Below are positions 10,801-21,547 of a stretch of DNA of 64,000 nucleotides, piece after piece. The notes beneath the pieces are model-generated. The model searched no databases and had not been told where the DNA came from. It saw only the letters and a program-made list of their open reading frames with translations. The stretch is from Williopsis jadinii. Lineage: Eukaryota. The DNA lies in NCBI GenBank assembly GCA_024346625.1, contig AP024664.1, positions 3,844,001 through 3,908,000 on the forward strand, written 5' to 3'. A program made the translations under genes and the position numbers. How positions within the stretch are numbered: the first letter of the stretch is position 1; each line of letters begins with the position of its first letter.

Positions 10801-11343
10801 GTTCTTCACGTCTCCAGAGTAGTTCTTGATATAGAGGTATGCCACCCTCATACTGCTGAACAAAGACTCCACTCTTGACCTTAGTTCCGCTGATTTCTTC
10901 AGGTAAAGCGTCGAGTCTGACTCGATAGCAGCGATCCAGCCAAGGTTTGTCGTTAACAGTCCGATTAGTTGTCTCGACTCTTTAGACTTTGCCAGCTTAT
11001 CCAAATCAACATCCAACAAAGGTGAGTTTATCGGATGGATCAACGAGGTAAGCTCATCAGAGTACTTTGTACTAGTATATGCCCTGTTGCTGTTAACAGC
11101 ATTAGTATCTGTCACAAACAGATTCTTATCAAAGACGTAGATATCCTTCACATGGTCTAAGGACGACGACTTCAACCTGTGCCCAAATGAGGTGAGTAAG
11201 AACAGGTGGTTCTTAGGCACGTTCAGTTGTGTTGAGCAGAACGCCTTAAGCTCATCAAGAGACAGGAAACAGTACCTGTTTACCCTTATTATAACACCAG
11301 TATGGGCGTTTCTTATGACAATGTCGTTATCAGCATCGGACAT
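7855..11343 (-). CDS. ATG11: Selective autophagy scaffold Atg11
   Basis: 1162 aa; N-terminal IRNAHTG, DLPLLYG, long coiled coil, and C-terminal claw ITIRDFNKGDLVLFLPTR...WFIGRI. Divergent from MAK3 as in YPR049C/YPR051W. Confidence 0.92.
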   Translation of the reverse strand: MSDADNDIVIRNAHTGVIIRVNRYCFLSLDELKAFCSTQLNVPKNHLFLLTSFGHRLKSSSLDHVKDIYVFDKNLFVTDTNAVNSNRAYTSTKYSDELTSLIHPINSPLLDVDLDKLAKSKESRQLIGLLTTNLGWIAAIESDSTLYLKKSAELRSRVESLFSSMRVAYLYIKNYSGDVKNTFDSTIDFLNHLQKQSLNATWETHYNLLRDIHTVEGSPLSSLLNRVDLAHNARESFAINKDLTSALLSQRDRLSKSLKLQTEVEYGVSSLENDTTTIFNMSDPDQWLTELKQMCDKTQGDTKKMLQQTKTSMDALSIDLILEMLQAHKSDYVTKIYDLALSLYRVFTSYKDLLAKIQLSLSSLLHKLSLSQAEAVTLKESLRSLSPQVEKVQILESSLAHTVDLPLLYGFYVVEGVRRSAWLKAVKQEISQTNEEFAIFRDKEIKIRSNWVKNYGDILKLLKKDISLFSNNGLTNFEVVANTDKTVESFEEFTFNDAQNYIEELRRVNVSAEVVKVLFKALDDISSSVIKKPVASKTEPKDATIQGYKYQIKKLESLLHQEQFKNFQQWPSSERLSIISKHSMDEKLASSLLNEATMKTSSATLANAEELKRLNDENRALKSNLKRHEETVEMLNDELKRYKHELSTREFENNALSKDIEHLRDEHSSQISHLQFKLSEQEVKASYLSCELEKVSKCLLEVTESHQKDSNIIDELKNQHKADLKGLQEQIENKDTELDSIKKKSMEPQQEIERLNSELVELKAQLVEKESHINATNKTIYDLKTSLDEKSELLKEKDSIIKNIEESSNNELNVLKMKVTELDKVNDELSTQLGVTKDEYDRLKSMKNDLLENMANRENEFASEKGVHQREIEELTDRLKQLESAKSQKDEEIDKVSKIEEKHIQMIFQLLVIINSLVIKSRDLSDIMVTFYDLFCESLKCMGLLAVKSEKTNKIDIIRVKGLKKANGGDLSATVEIAQGLKTDLPAEVHQCSIWSDLPDKQLLKLDSIENDLGPEKICSIVDSVIETYNLTTFEEKYLKFVDLVTNLNELYLGSVSKRFKEVEHLAKKELKDNRKLRQIDSKKITIRDFNKGDLVLFLPTRSRDGTGPQWAVFNEMGGDFKYMMKNTITLSTQKQWFIGRILDIEEVNRKEYLITAEEILV

Positions 11344-11634
11344 GGTTGTGGCAAAAGATAAACAACGCTTCTCTCACTCTCCCTTAGCAACACTGTAAAG
11401 CTCTCCCACAAGAATATGAATACGTCACGTACTGCAACCCTGTTATCACCAAGAGACTCGTGTTCTTCGTTCCCACTTTGCCTTACTAAGCACCGCGTTG
11501 AATCCCTACAGATTTGTCCATCTTGGAGTAAATTAATCAAGTGTGGTTAAAATGTACACAACATACACACACATAGCATTGCGTAATATGGTGTATGCTT
11601 ATGTAACGGATGACTAAGACTGGATAATTCAACA

Positions 11635-11667
11635 GTCACGTGAAATGTTGGAATGGAAACACGTGAC
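11635..11667. promoter_or_regulatory. Two Cbf1-type GTCACGTG E-boxes in the ATG11/MAK3 divergent promoter
   Basis: GTCACGTG at 11635 and CACGTGAC at 11660. Confidence 0.5.
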
Positions 11668-11796
11668 GGATTTTGGAACTAACATCCTGACACCACTGAG
11701 CTTCGACTGACTTTTCACCGTTGGGGGGGGGGGCATCAACACACCTTCAAACACTTGTTTGAAGCACCTGGTTTTACCAAGAGAGGAGAGAAGTCC

Positions 11797-12318
11797 ATGT
11801 CAGAAGTAACGTACCACACACTAGAGGCTGGTAACGATGAGGAGCTTCATGCGTTGAAGACCATGATTAGCGATGATCTTTCGGAGCCTTATTCCATCTA
11901 CGTGTATCACTTCTTCCTCACACAGTGGCCGGAACTCTGCAATATTGCAAAGTTGAATGGTGAGACGATTGGTGTAATCATCTCTAAGATAGAACCACAT
12001 CGAGACGTCAGATCGAGAGGGTATATTGGGATGCTCGCTGTTAAGAAGGAACATAGAGGGCACGGAATTGCAAAGAAACTGGTGCGTATTTCCATAGAGA
12101 AGATGATCAAGGCCGGGTGTGATGAGATCATGTTGGAGACGGAGGTGGTCAACAAACCGGCAATTGCTCTCTATGAGCATATGGGATTCATAAGGAGCAA
12201 AAGACTCTATAGATATTATCTTAACCAACACGATGCATTCAGATTGATACTGCCAATCACTTCAAAGTCAACGGTACGGTCTGTATACTTACAACATTCG
12301 GATCAACTTGCTACATAG
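11797..12318 (+). CDS. MAK3: NatC N-terminal acetyltransferase catalytic subunit (Naa30)
   Basis: DLSEPYSIYVY, RGYIGMLAV..HRGHGIA, LETEVVN and RYYLN motifs; first ATG at 11797. Confidence 0.95.
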   Translation: MSEVTYHTLEAGNDEELHALKTMISDDLSEPYSIYVYHFFLTQWPELCNIAKLNGETIGVIISKIEPHRDVRSRGYIGMLAVKKEHRGHGIAKKLVRISIEKMIKAGCDEIMLETEVVNKPAIALYEHMGFIRSKRLYRYYLNQHDAFRLILPITSKSTVRSVYLQHSDQLAT

Positions 12319-12400
12319 TTTTCATTATAACGAAGGCCCTTTTTCTCCAGTTTATAGGGAATTAATAATATACATAGTATCTCCCCTTGTTGAATCCAGT

Positions 12401-13228
12401 TCACTCTTCCTCTTCGAACTTTGGAGCCAAGTAGAAGCGAAGATAACCAGATGGCAGCTTGTACTCAAACAATGCCGGTGTCTTTTCAGAAAGCTTAACG
12501 CTCATTGCAGGAGCTAACGAGGACCCCTTAACAACATCCAAGAGGTACTTCAAACCAAAACTCAACAAGACAGGCTTGTTCAACTCAACTTTCACGGTGT
12601 TCTGTGGATTCTCCAAGTCGGTAAATGGTTTAAGAATCACAGAACCGGTACCGATATCACCATTGGCTTCGAATTTGATGGTATCCTTTGTGACGACAAT
12701 GGCCAAGGAATCAGAGAGTTGTGATAAATCTCTGGCAACCTTTTGGAAATCTGAAGATGGCAAGTTAACCACAGAGTCGTATTCGATATCGTCGATATCG
12801 AGGAAGTCGGATTCAATGTCGATGAGTTTAAGAGAGTACTCAGAGATTCTATCCTTTTGTGTATCTTCAAAGACAATGAGAACAGACTCCGGTGTGTCTT
12901 CAGCAACCAAGCTCAGAGTATCGTCGTTGTTACCACACTTCAACACTTTAGCCAAGGCCGTGAGGTCAACACCCAAGGTGATGTTATGATCACATCTATA
13001 ACTGGTGAATGAATCCTCACCAATCAAAAGAGAGACTAAGAGAACACGGGAGTCATCAACGGCCTGGACAGTGATACCACTTGGTGAGCAGTTGAAGTTA
13101 CACAAATGAACGGTATCTTTGAAAGCATCAATAATCTAGGAACAAGAGTTAGTATTGTCAGACAAATTCAACAGCAAAAGACCCACCTTTTTGAAGAAAG
13201 CAGCTTGTTCGAATTTGGCCTCAAGCAT
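12401..13228 (-). CDS. POL30: PCNA sliding clamp; exons 13228-13187 and 13135-12401
   Basis: Spliced product MLEAKFEQAAFFKK-IIDAFKD...QAVDDSRVLLVSL...RFYLAPKF. The 51-nt intron 13136-13186 has GTGGGT, TACTAAC and TAG. Confidence 0.97.
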
Positions 13229-13355
13229 TGTGTGTTATATGTATATCTCTTTAGTATACGTCGTACAGTATCTGAGCACTTTGTTTGGTTAAGTGACTGT
13301 TAAAAAGAGGGAAAAATTCGTTTGCCATTGGACGCCCAAGGAAATTTGGAACACG

Positions 13356-13394
13356 ACGCGTCGCACCAATTTTTTTCTTCTTTGCTTTACGCGT
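13356..13394. promoter_or_regulatory. Two MCB elements (ACGCGT) upstream of POL30
   Basis: ACGCGT at 13356-13361 and 13389-13394; POL30 is a classical MBF G1/S target. Confidence 0.75.
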
Positions 13395-13569
13395 CGAGAT
13401 GGAACTGCCCAAACCAGAGCACGTGATGTACAAACAGACATTCACGTGCTCTGGTAGGGACACCTCACATTACGCCGAGGTGTGTGCTTCAAAGTTATTC
13501 AAGGAAATCCTTCTCTCTTCCTCTTGACTTCCCTCATCTGATCCTCCAAGACGGAAACATTTGCAGACA

Positions 13570-14689
13570 ATGAGCAACGTTAAGATCACCGAGAAGGTTG
13601 CATCGAGTTATATCACGTGAGTTCGAGTTACTGTCCCTTTTGCTTCTTCTTTACTGTTTCTAACACATTCCCTCAACATGTAGTGCCTTTGCAGAGAAGG
13701 TCAAGGCTTCACATCAACCATTTGTCTCTGGACAAGGGGTTATAGATGGTGAGAGATCCAATAGAGGTAACAAGCTGAAGTTTGGCGCTGATCGTGTACA
13801 TAGAGATCACATTGATGGTTTTAACAACTATTTGGAGACACCCGAGGAAGTTGAGTACAACGGTGCCCGCCGCTTAGTGTTCAAGAGAAGAAGAGATGAA
13901 GACGACGAATATGACAGCGACGAAGAACATGGAGTACAGGACGACGCGGAGGATGAGGAGGATGAGGCGGATGAGGAGGATGAGGAGGATGATCCTTATG
14001 CAAGTATCGACTTATATGAGATTTTGAAGCCTATCACTGCTCCTGAGGAGATTAGCAATAGAGAGAGCATATCCAGAACATACCAGAGTAAAGTGTTGAG
14101 ACACTTTACTAGCCAGTCCATCGAAATCATTGAGAAGGAACAGGACACAGTAATGAAACTTTCGTCCTTGTTGGATTTCCTTTTAGGAGAGGATGAGAAG
14201 GATTTGCTTGAGGCTGGCCTTGAGCTTCCAGATTATGATCATAATTTGACACCAAACAAGGCACAAGGAGAGATCGACCTAGATAAGCGCATTACACGCA
14301 AATCTGTAAGCCAAGAGAACGATCCATTCTTTGCCCTTCCACAGTTCAAATTTGATCCAAACCAAGGTTTACCTGCTCAAGAGGCTGAAGAAGCTCGTCA
14401 ACTGTCACAAGTTGCCCTTCAAAGAACTCAAGAGTTCATCAGATCTTTGACACAAGTCAGAAATGGGCTGTCAAGGGCACAGTATTTAAAGGAGAAGATC
14501 TACGCATGGGCAAGAGAGATGAACGGCGATCCAGATGAAAGTGATGTCTACGTTGCTGAGAAAGAGGCTGCTGCTAAGATAGCACAGGCCGAAAAAGAGG
14601 CCAAAGCAGCCCTTGAAGCTTCAAAAGAACCTTCTGTAAGTCGGAAGGGTACGCCACAACCTGGGAGAAAAAGAGGTAGAAGAAGTTAG
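13570..14689 (+). CDS. RXT2: Rpd3L histone deacetylase complex subunit Rxt2; exons 13570-13616 and 13684-14689
   Basis: Spliced N-terminus contains SNRGNKLK; also DDPY..IDLYEILKPI, LPDYDHNL and DPFFALP. Intron 13617-13683 has GTGAGT, TTCTAAC and TAG. Neighbours PBY1 as in YBR094W/YBR095C. Confidence 0.88.
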
Positions 14690-14749
14690 CTTAATAGCAG
14701 TATCATGAGTATCATTATTATACAGAATCTCATTCTAAGTATGGTCCAA

Positions 14750-17082
14750 TCACCAGCCGTCTGTAGACTCGTCAAGAACCTTAACAAGGGAAGAAGGAAC
14801 ATTTGGAGTCGAACTTTTGAAGAACGGAACAACAGAATATTCAATAACATCGTCAAATAATTCATAGATCAAGTCCTTCAAATCTTCTCCTGTTTGTTTG
14901 AAATCTGGGAAGGCATTGATCTCCAAGAGTTGCACTTGGAATTTATCATCCACGATAAAGTCCAATCCATAGAGCTCAAACGCATTCTTCAAAGGCTGGA
15001 AGTTCATCTTATCAACACTGATAGCTGCTTTGAATACCTCACGGACAACTTCACATATTTGATCAAAAATTTGAGATTTTGATTCAGCGGAAACGCCTTG
15101 TAACTGTTCAAACTCCACAACGCTGTTATTTCCCACGGCAGCTTCGCCTTGTAGACAAGTGTTTGTCAAGTGACCAAACATTCCTATCTCATCATCGTTA
15201 TCATCCCGAGGGGATTGATACTCGCTAGCAGCAAACAGTGTCAAGATTCTCTTATAGACAAGGACCTCTAAACTTCCATTGGCAAGAACGTATACTCTGA
15301 AATGGAACTTCTTGTTGTGATATTCTTCAAGCAGCAGTGGTGCTTCCATATATTCCTGCACGACAAAGTGTCTCAGTTGAGATGTGATGACACCGTGATT
15401 TTCCTCGCTGGCATCTTCACCTTCATCATCAGTTGGTAACTCCTCAAAAGAGTCAAAGATCGCTTGTAATTGATCAACTGTACGGAAAAGACGGATTCCT
15501 TGACCCCTGTCAGACATTGATGGCTTTAAAATCCATGTTTTCTCACCCTTTTCAATTTCAGAACGTAGTTCATATGCCTCATCGAGAGAATCTTCCAAGA
15601 ACTCTGCGTAATCAACCTCCAATTGGAAAGTCTCAGGGAATGCCTTTGTGAGAATTGACTGTGGATTTTTAACAACATATGAGTGTACTGTATGTGCCAA
15701 ATAGTGCTTTCTGATGAGTGCCTTTCTATAGATATAAGAGTTGACGAGGTACTTGTCAGGTGAAGAGTGCAATAGGTCAAAATCCAAATCTTCATATTCA
15801 CCATATTGGAACGTCTTCCCTTGAATAGATCCTGTGATTGGAATATCTGGCAAGTGAGACTTGATGGCCTTTGTTAATGCAGGGTGGATGTATGAGTATT
15901 TGTCAATAGATAGATAAATCGAGTTTTCCGTATTGGTTTGCTGACTTGAAGAGATGCTAATGTAAAATCAGTCAGTATTGGATACGTATAGATATACATA
16001 TATTGCTTTTGTAGGATATACCTGTTTAAATACTCACTCTAAGTTGATTTCACCAGATGTGTGAACTTCCTTAAAGATGGCCTTCAACGGTGTAACACTG
16101 TAGAAACGGTTAGTAAAATGGTTTTGAGAAAACCCCCCTTTAGACACAATGTATATACGTACCTTACATGTCCACGCCCTAGAACGATACCATCATTATG
16201 TTCACCTCTTTCTTCACTTGCGAGAATGGTTTCATGGACTGCCTGGAAGTCAGGTTTCCATTTGAAGATGTATTTGCTCTCTGCACCATCAACAATATCT
16301 TCATCAGGTCTGGATGATCTTTCCTCCATTTGGAAGAGAGATCTCCATCTGTTTTCCAGCATTGAGGTGTACTCGATCTTTGTTTCGCCCAGTTTCAACT
16401 CCTTCTTTAGAGGAACGTTCACAGCATAGAGGTCAACATCAGAGTTCCAATTGTCGTACAAATGTTGAATCAGCTTGACAGAAATCTTACTTGCTTCATC
16501 AATGATTAACTTCTGTTCAGGCGTAATCTCTCTTGTGTCGAAACCATAACTCAACGCTATGGAATTGACACCAGAGAGGGCACCTTCCATCGCAGCACCA
16601 ATGGTACCTGAAGACGTTGCGTAGACCGCTGTTGTATTTCTACCAAAGTTTGGACCCGAGACCACCAAATCGACCGGCCCCTTCTCCTTGTACAAGTGGT
16701 ACACACCGATATCAGCACACGAAGCCGGCGTACCATCGATCAATGCCCATTCTTGGTACTGAGATCTTAAGTGCTGTTGCGGCTCATCGAACGGACCAAG
16801 AAACGTGTTTTGACCTTGGGCGTTTGGGTAGATGAACGTGGCGCTTAGATCGTGGCCTGCCAAATGAGCCTTGCCGATCCATGAACGCTGTGTATGAGGG
16901 ACGACAATAGACAGTTCCCAATCAGTGTCTCTCTGTACGGCCTCCACGAAGGACTTGATGTAAGGGGAGGCAGCATCGGACAGAGGTCCATCATCGTTTG
17001 TAAGCTTTTATTTGATTAGTTCCACATTCGCCAGGCATCTCAGCCAAAGAGGAGGGTCAGAATCACTTACCAAGACGTGCAT
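14750..17082 (-). CDS. PBY1: SurE plus tubulin-tyrosine-ligase-like fusion protein Pby1; exons 17082-17071, 17004-16163, 16097-16038, 15956-14750
   Basis: MHVL-LTNDDGPLSD and SGPNFGRN (SurE), joined in frame to WILKPSMSDRGQGI and LLEINAFPDF (TTL) after removing introns 17005-17070, 16098-16162 and 15957-16037. Confidence 0.92.
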
Positions 17083-17334
17083 AGCTTCCTATTTTACGTT
17101 GTTGAGGTTGCTTTCTGCTTTGAAGAGGAGGAACTAAGAGCTCATCGAAGTATTAAGTCTCTACTTCTCACCCCCCGAAGCCACACAAAAAACACACACT
17201 TGAAAAATAAGTAGGGCATCAAAAAATTTTCGACTGGAGGAACAACAGCTTTGAAGGGAAAGCCACTATCAAAGGGAGCCCAAGAGAGGTAAACGAGGAA
17301 GAGGAAGGCGTGAGATATCTATGCAAGCAACAGG

Positions 17335-17749
17335 ATGTCGTATCTTTTGGGTAATATGATGAATCAAATGGAGGCTGATCCTGAGAAGGTGAAGTTTGCC
17401 GAAGTTCAATTCGATGCGATGAACACAACGTTCAATACGTGAGTGGGCCTTATATCTACATGATCAGGGGTGGAAACACTAACAGTTTTGCCAGAATGCT
17501 ACGAACCTGCCAGAGCAAGTGCATACCTGATGAGTATGGCGAAGCAGAGCTGAACAAGGGGGAGACTGTGTGTGTTGACAGATGCGTGAAGAAGTTCTTC
17601 AAGGCCAATCTTGCCATGGGGAGAGTAAGTTTCCAAGATGATTGTTCGTGGAAGACTAAGGATTACTAACATTTGTATTAAACCAGTACGTTCAAGCCAA
17701 GGGATTTGTCCCTGCCAATATGAGGCAGTACGACCGATTCACGAGATGA
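17335..17749 (+). CDS. TIM12: Mitochondrial small Tim chaperone (Tim12/Tim10 family); exons 17335-17438, 17495-17624, 17687-17749
   Basis: DPEKVKFAEVQFDAMNTTFN with twin Cx3C motifs (CQSKC, CVDRC). Introns 17439-17494 and 17625-17686 have recognisable donor, branch point and CAG. Synteny with YBR091C. Confidence 0.88.
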
Positions 17750-18963
17750 CTCCAACCTGTGTATATAGTAATAATGTCCATATATAAATTGATGACCATA
17801 AGATAAACCACCTGGAAGCGCACGTATCAACACACATGTATATAGTTACCCTACTTTCACCACAATTCATCCAGACACCTAAACATCCGGACATTTCAGG
17901 TGCGCATACCAATAGGGGTTTTTTTCTCGCTGCGCAAAGTTCACCACGTAGAAAAAGGCACCAACACACTATGAAAATTTGACCTAGCAAAGTACCTTTT
18001 CCCATAGTTAAGGAAAAACCCGCCTAAGAAAAAAAATTGTATGTGAGTATCTAAGTATGGGGGGCCCAGTGGAGATTCCTACAGGGTGACAAGGCTTCAC
18101 CAGTATCGAAATTGGCGGCACAACGTTAATACAGGGGGACGATCTCGGGGTTAATTAAGCCAATTGAGCTTGTCGAATACATTATTTTACCATGAAATTA
18201 AGGGATGTCTCCAATTGCAAAAGAACTCGAGAACTACCATCATCTCCATAACAAAGCGATTACAACTATGGGCAGAATGACACCGTCACACGGCTTTAGG
18301 GACTCGGGGGATTCGATTTCTCGATTCACAAATTACAAAAGCACTATAAACACGTTGATAACATAGCTTTCCTTTGCAAAAAAAGGGGGAGAAGGGCCCT
18401 TTGGTTGGTTCACCTAAGGGCTTTTTTCCCTCATTTTACGCTATGGGAATTGCTCTTGAGGATTTATCAACAAAAAAAAATTAAGGAGAGAGGTTCGAAT
18501 TGGCGAAAAAACGAAAAGTGGGAAATCGCACAGACCCCCAAATTGTTGGTGTGGGTGGCTCGCGCTACGTTTTCTCCCTCTTTTTGTGCGTTTGTTTTTT
18601 TCTCTTCCCTCCCTTCTCCTTACCGGTGGTGTCTGGATGTTCTTTTGCTTTTCGCTTGTTTTCGTGGTTGTTGCTGTTCTCGGTACCGTGTTAATCTCTA
18701 CGGCAACAGCAATAGTGGAAAAACGATACGCGAAAAATATTCGACGCGTTTGTTTTTGTTTACTGTTTTTTCGCCCGCGCTTTTGCTTTGCTGTCGTTCG
18801 GCGCTGTGTTGTGTCCGCAGCTCGCGCTAAGTGACCACGCCCCCTCTGTGTTTTCGCCCTGTATAAAATTTCTCCCCTGGGATCTCTTGTTTTCTTCCCT
18901 TGCCCTTTGTTTACTTTCGCTTGGTGAATACGCTACTAACAAACACACACGTTATACAGAACA

Positions 18964-19334
18964 ATGTCCGGTGCTCAAAGAAAACTCAAGACCTCCAGAA
19001 AGAAAAAAGGTTAGTTGTGCTTCGCTCTCCAACAGCATCGCGTGTTGTCGGTGCTTTGGCTTGTCTATGTTTATGTTTATACTAACACGCTTCCATAGAC
19101 CCAAATGCGCCAAAGCGTTCTCTTTCCGCTTACATGTTCTTTGCCAACGAGAACAGAGACATTGTCCGTGCTGAGAACCCAGGTATCTCCTTCGGTGGTG
19201 TCGGTAAGCTCCTCGGTGAGAAGTGGAAAGCCTTGACCCCAGAGGGTAAGGTTCCATACGAGCAAAAGGCTGAAGCTGACAAGAAGAGATACGAGCAAGA
19301 GAAGGCAAACTACCAAGCTCAACAACAAGAGTAA
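18964..19334 (+). CDS. NHP6: HMG-box protein Nhp6; exons 18964-19009 and 19099-19334
   Basis: Spliced product [37 protein letters not shown]. Intron 19010-19098 has GTTAGT, TACTAAC and TAG. Confidence 0.96.
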
Positions 19335-19796
19335 TCTAATTGAGCGTGTGTCGGTTTGTTTGTGCGTGCATTGCCTTTAGTCAATACTATACATGCTTGC
19401 ACTTTGCTTCTGTTCGCCTTCCTTTTACGGGCTTTTACTCATCCTTATCAACGTTGATCTGTCTTGTCTCTTGTCTATGCTTTTCAGTGGTTAACAAGTT
19501 TAGCCTCGAATTTTTGTGAATTGTTTTTTCAAAGCTTTCTCTCACTCCTCTTTTTATTGTTTTTTTTATATCGATCAGGTTATATCAGGATTAGGATGTT
19601 TGTATAATATACTTCAACTGTACTATTCAATACCATCATGTAGATACTTCCGCTTACATATTCAGTCATTATATATATATAAATCATATCACAATTAATA
19701 TATCATTAAAGAAATCGAATATTGTTTGTCATCAGTATTAAGAAACGATTCATAGTAGCAAATCATATATCGTCGACGAGGATCAATGCTTGAAAC

Positions 19797-21320
19797 CTAA
19801 CTATGGCAATCCATATTGCCTTGAAGGCGTAACATCCGTAACCAGATCTCTTCGCATAACAGCTCTGCTAACCCGGGCTGGACACGTTCAGTCACAACCA
19901 ACTGCTTCAGTAACGAAGAAACTGCAAGTTTTGTATCACTTGTCTTGGCTCTATGGTGGACTCTCTTGAAACAGTACATCATAACTTCGTTTAAATAATC
20001 AAGGGGTTTCTTCTCTAAAGTCTGGGAGTCCCCTACAGTTGTGGTCTCATGAGCGATTGGTTTCTCACAACACTCTTCAGTTTGTGAAACTTCGAGTCCA
20101 CTGGTATCAGCACATTTATCCATTTGGAAAACCACAGAGCTTTCAATATCTTCATCCTCATCGCCATCATTGTGATTTTCTTTAGTACCATTGTGGTTAT
20201 AACCGTTATCGGGAGAAGTTACACCGGTTTCCGTGGACTTCATCAATGGACTAGAAAATGTTTCCAGAGATTGGCATTTATCGGATTCTTCAGTTGAAAT
20301 ACACTTGTACTGATCTCCACATCCTTCGACTAGCCCAATTGGTGACACTGAAACCAGCTTTTTCTTGTCAGTGAAATTCCACTTCAACGTTGCAGGGCTT
20401 TGAGAGTACAATTTGTTACTCAAATTATATCGTGGCCTTTTCGATCTTGGTTTGTTCTCAGCTATCCATTCATCTTTGGCTTGTATTAATGGGACTAATG
20501 GTGTATTTTTCCTCCATATTTTGATGAATTTTGTCTTCAACAAAGCAGTAGCAGAGGGTCTGCTCTGTGGGTTTTTGAGGAGGCAAAGCTTGACAAATTC
20601 CTTAATGTGTTCACTGTAGTTGGAACCTGTCAATACAGGTGATGGGTTCTTCGGTATTTGAAACAAAACTTTCATAGGCTCATAGTCAGCATAAGGTGGA
20701 GCACCAGACACCAATTCAATAGTTGTTATTCCCAAGGACCAGATATCAACCTTCTCATTGTATCCACACTTTCTGGTGATAATCTCAGGAGCCATCCAAA
20801 ATGGCGTACCGACAAATGTATCCTTCCGAAGTTGAGTTGGAGTGATCTGACCAGAAACACCAAAATCTGCAAGCTTTACTTGTCCATCCGCAGTCAAAAG
20901 AATGTTTGCAGCTTTGATATCACGGTGTACCTTTTTCTCACTGTGTAAATATTCCAAGCCTTTTAAAGTTTCCCTGATGATAAAACTAGTCAGTTCTTCA
21001 CTCAAATGTTTATGGCACTTCAACAAGTCAGCACAAGAACCACCACCACAGTATTCCATCACAATCCACATGCTCACATCACTGACAAACGTCTGATAGT
21101 AGTGTGTAATATAAGGTGAACGCATCTGCGACAAAAAAGTAATCTCCTGGACAAGAACTTCGATTTCGTCATCGGTCTGTTCAAGATTGACAACTTTGAT
21201 AGCGACCACCTTTGATGTGGTTCTATCAATTGCACGGTATACATCACCAAAGTTACCCCTTCCAATGCAGTCATCTATTGCGTAGTTATCACATAAATCG
21301 CGCATTGCCCCGGAGTTCAT
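19797..21320 (-). CDS. SPS1: Ste20/GCK-III family Ser/Thr kinase, sporulation-specific Sps1
   Basis: GRGNFG, HRDIKAAN, DFG and TFVGTPFWMAPE motifs; first ATG at 21320. Next to AGE1 as in YDR523C/YDR524C, with MSE motifs upstream. Confidence 0.85.
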   Translation of the reverse strand: MNSGAMRDLCDNYAIDDCIGRGNFGDVYRAIDRTTSKVVAIKVVNLEQTDDEIEVLVQEITFLSQMRSPYITHYYQTFVSDVSMWIVMEYCGGGSCADLLKCHKHLSEELTSFIIRETLKGLEYLHSEKKVHRDIKAANILLTADGQVKLADFGVSGQITPTQLRKDTFVGTPFWMAPEIITRKCGYNEKVDIWSLGITTIELVSGAPPYADYEPMKVLFQIPKNPSPVLTGSNYSEHIKEFVKLCLLKNPQSRPSATALLKTKFIKIWRKNTPLVPLIQAKDEWIAENKPRSKRPRYNLSNKLYSQSPATLKWNFTDKKKLVSVSPIGLVEGCGDQYKCISTEESDKCQSLETFSSPLMKSTETGVTSPDNGYNHNGTKENHNDGDEDEDIESSVVFQMDKCADTSGLEVSQTEECCEKPIAHETTTVGDSQTLEKKPLDYLNEVMMYCFKRVHHRAKTSDTKLAVSSLLKQLVVTERVQPGLAELLCEEIWLRMLRLQGNMDCHS

Positions 21321-21474
21321 AGTGAAACAGTAGAGTTCTGTAGCCAAGAATATGGAAGATAACCAAGAGAAGCACACACTGGATGCCACCTAATAAATAA
21401 CCTCAATGGTTGGCGAACGGAATGAAAAGAGGTTATTGTAATAGCGGAAACGTGCTCCGTGTCAAGGAGCAGTT

Positions 21475-21536
21475 GGCACAAAAGACGAAACAACCCCTGC
21501 CATAGTAACCACAAAACTCTCCCGTCAGGCACAAAG
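21475..21536. promoter_or_regulatory. Cluster of middle sporulation element (Ndt80/Sum1) cores upstream of SPS1
   Basis: GGCACAAAA at 21475-21483, CACAAAA at 21510-21516 and CACAAAG at 21530-21536. Confidence 0.65.
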
Positions 21537-21547
21537 ATCTATAGCAT

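Noticed and set aside
14750..16947. Separate SurE and TTL genes as in the ORF track
   Set aside because: Two well-formed introns join them in frame into PBY1.
18492..18502. GGTTCGAAT B-box/tRNA-like motif (also GAGTTCAATCC at ~27263)
   Set aside because: No T-stem pairing or cloverleaf in the flanks.
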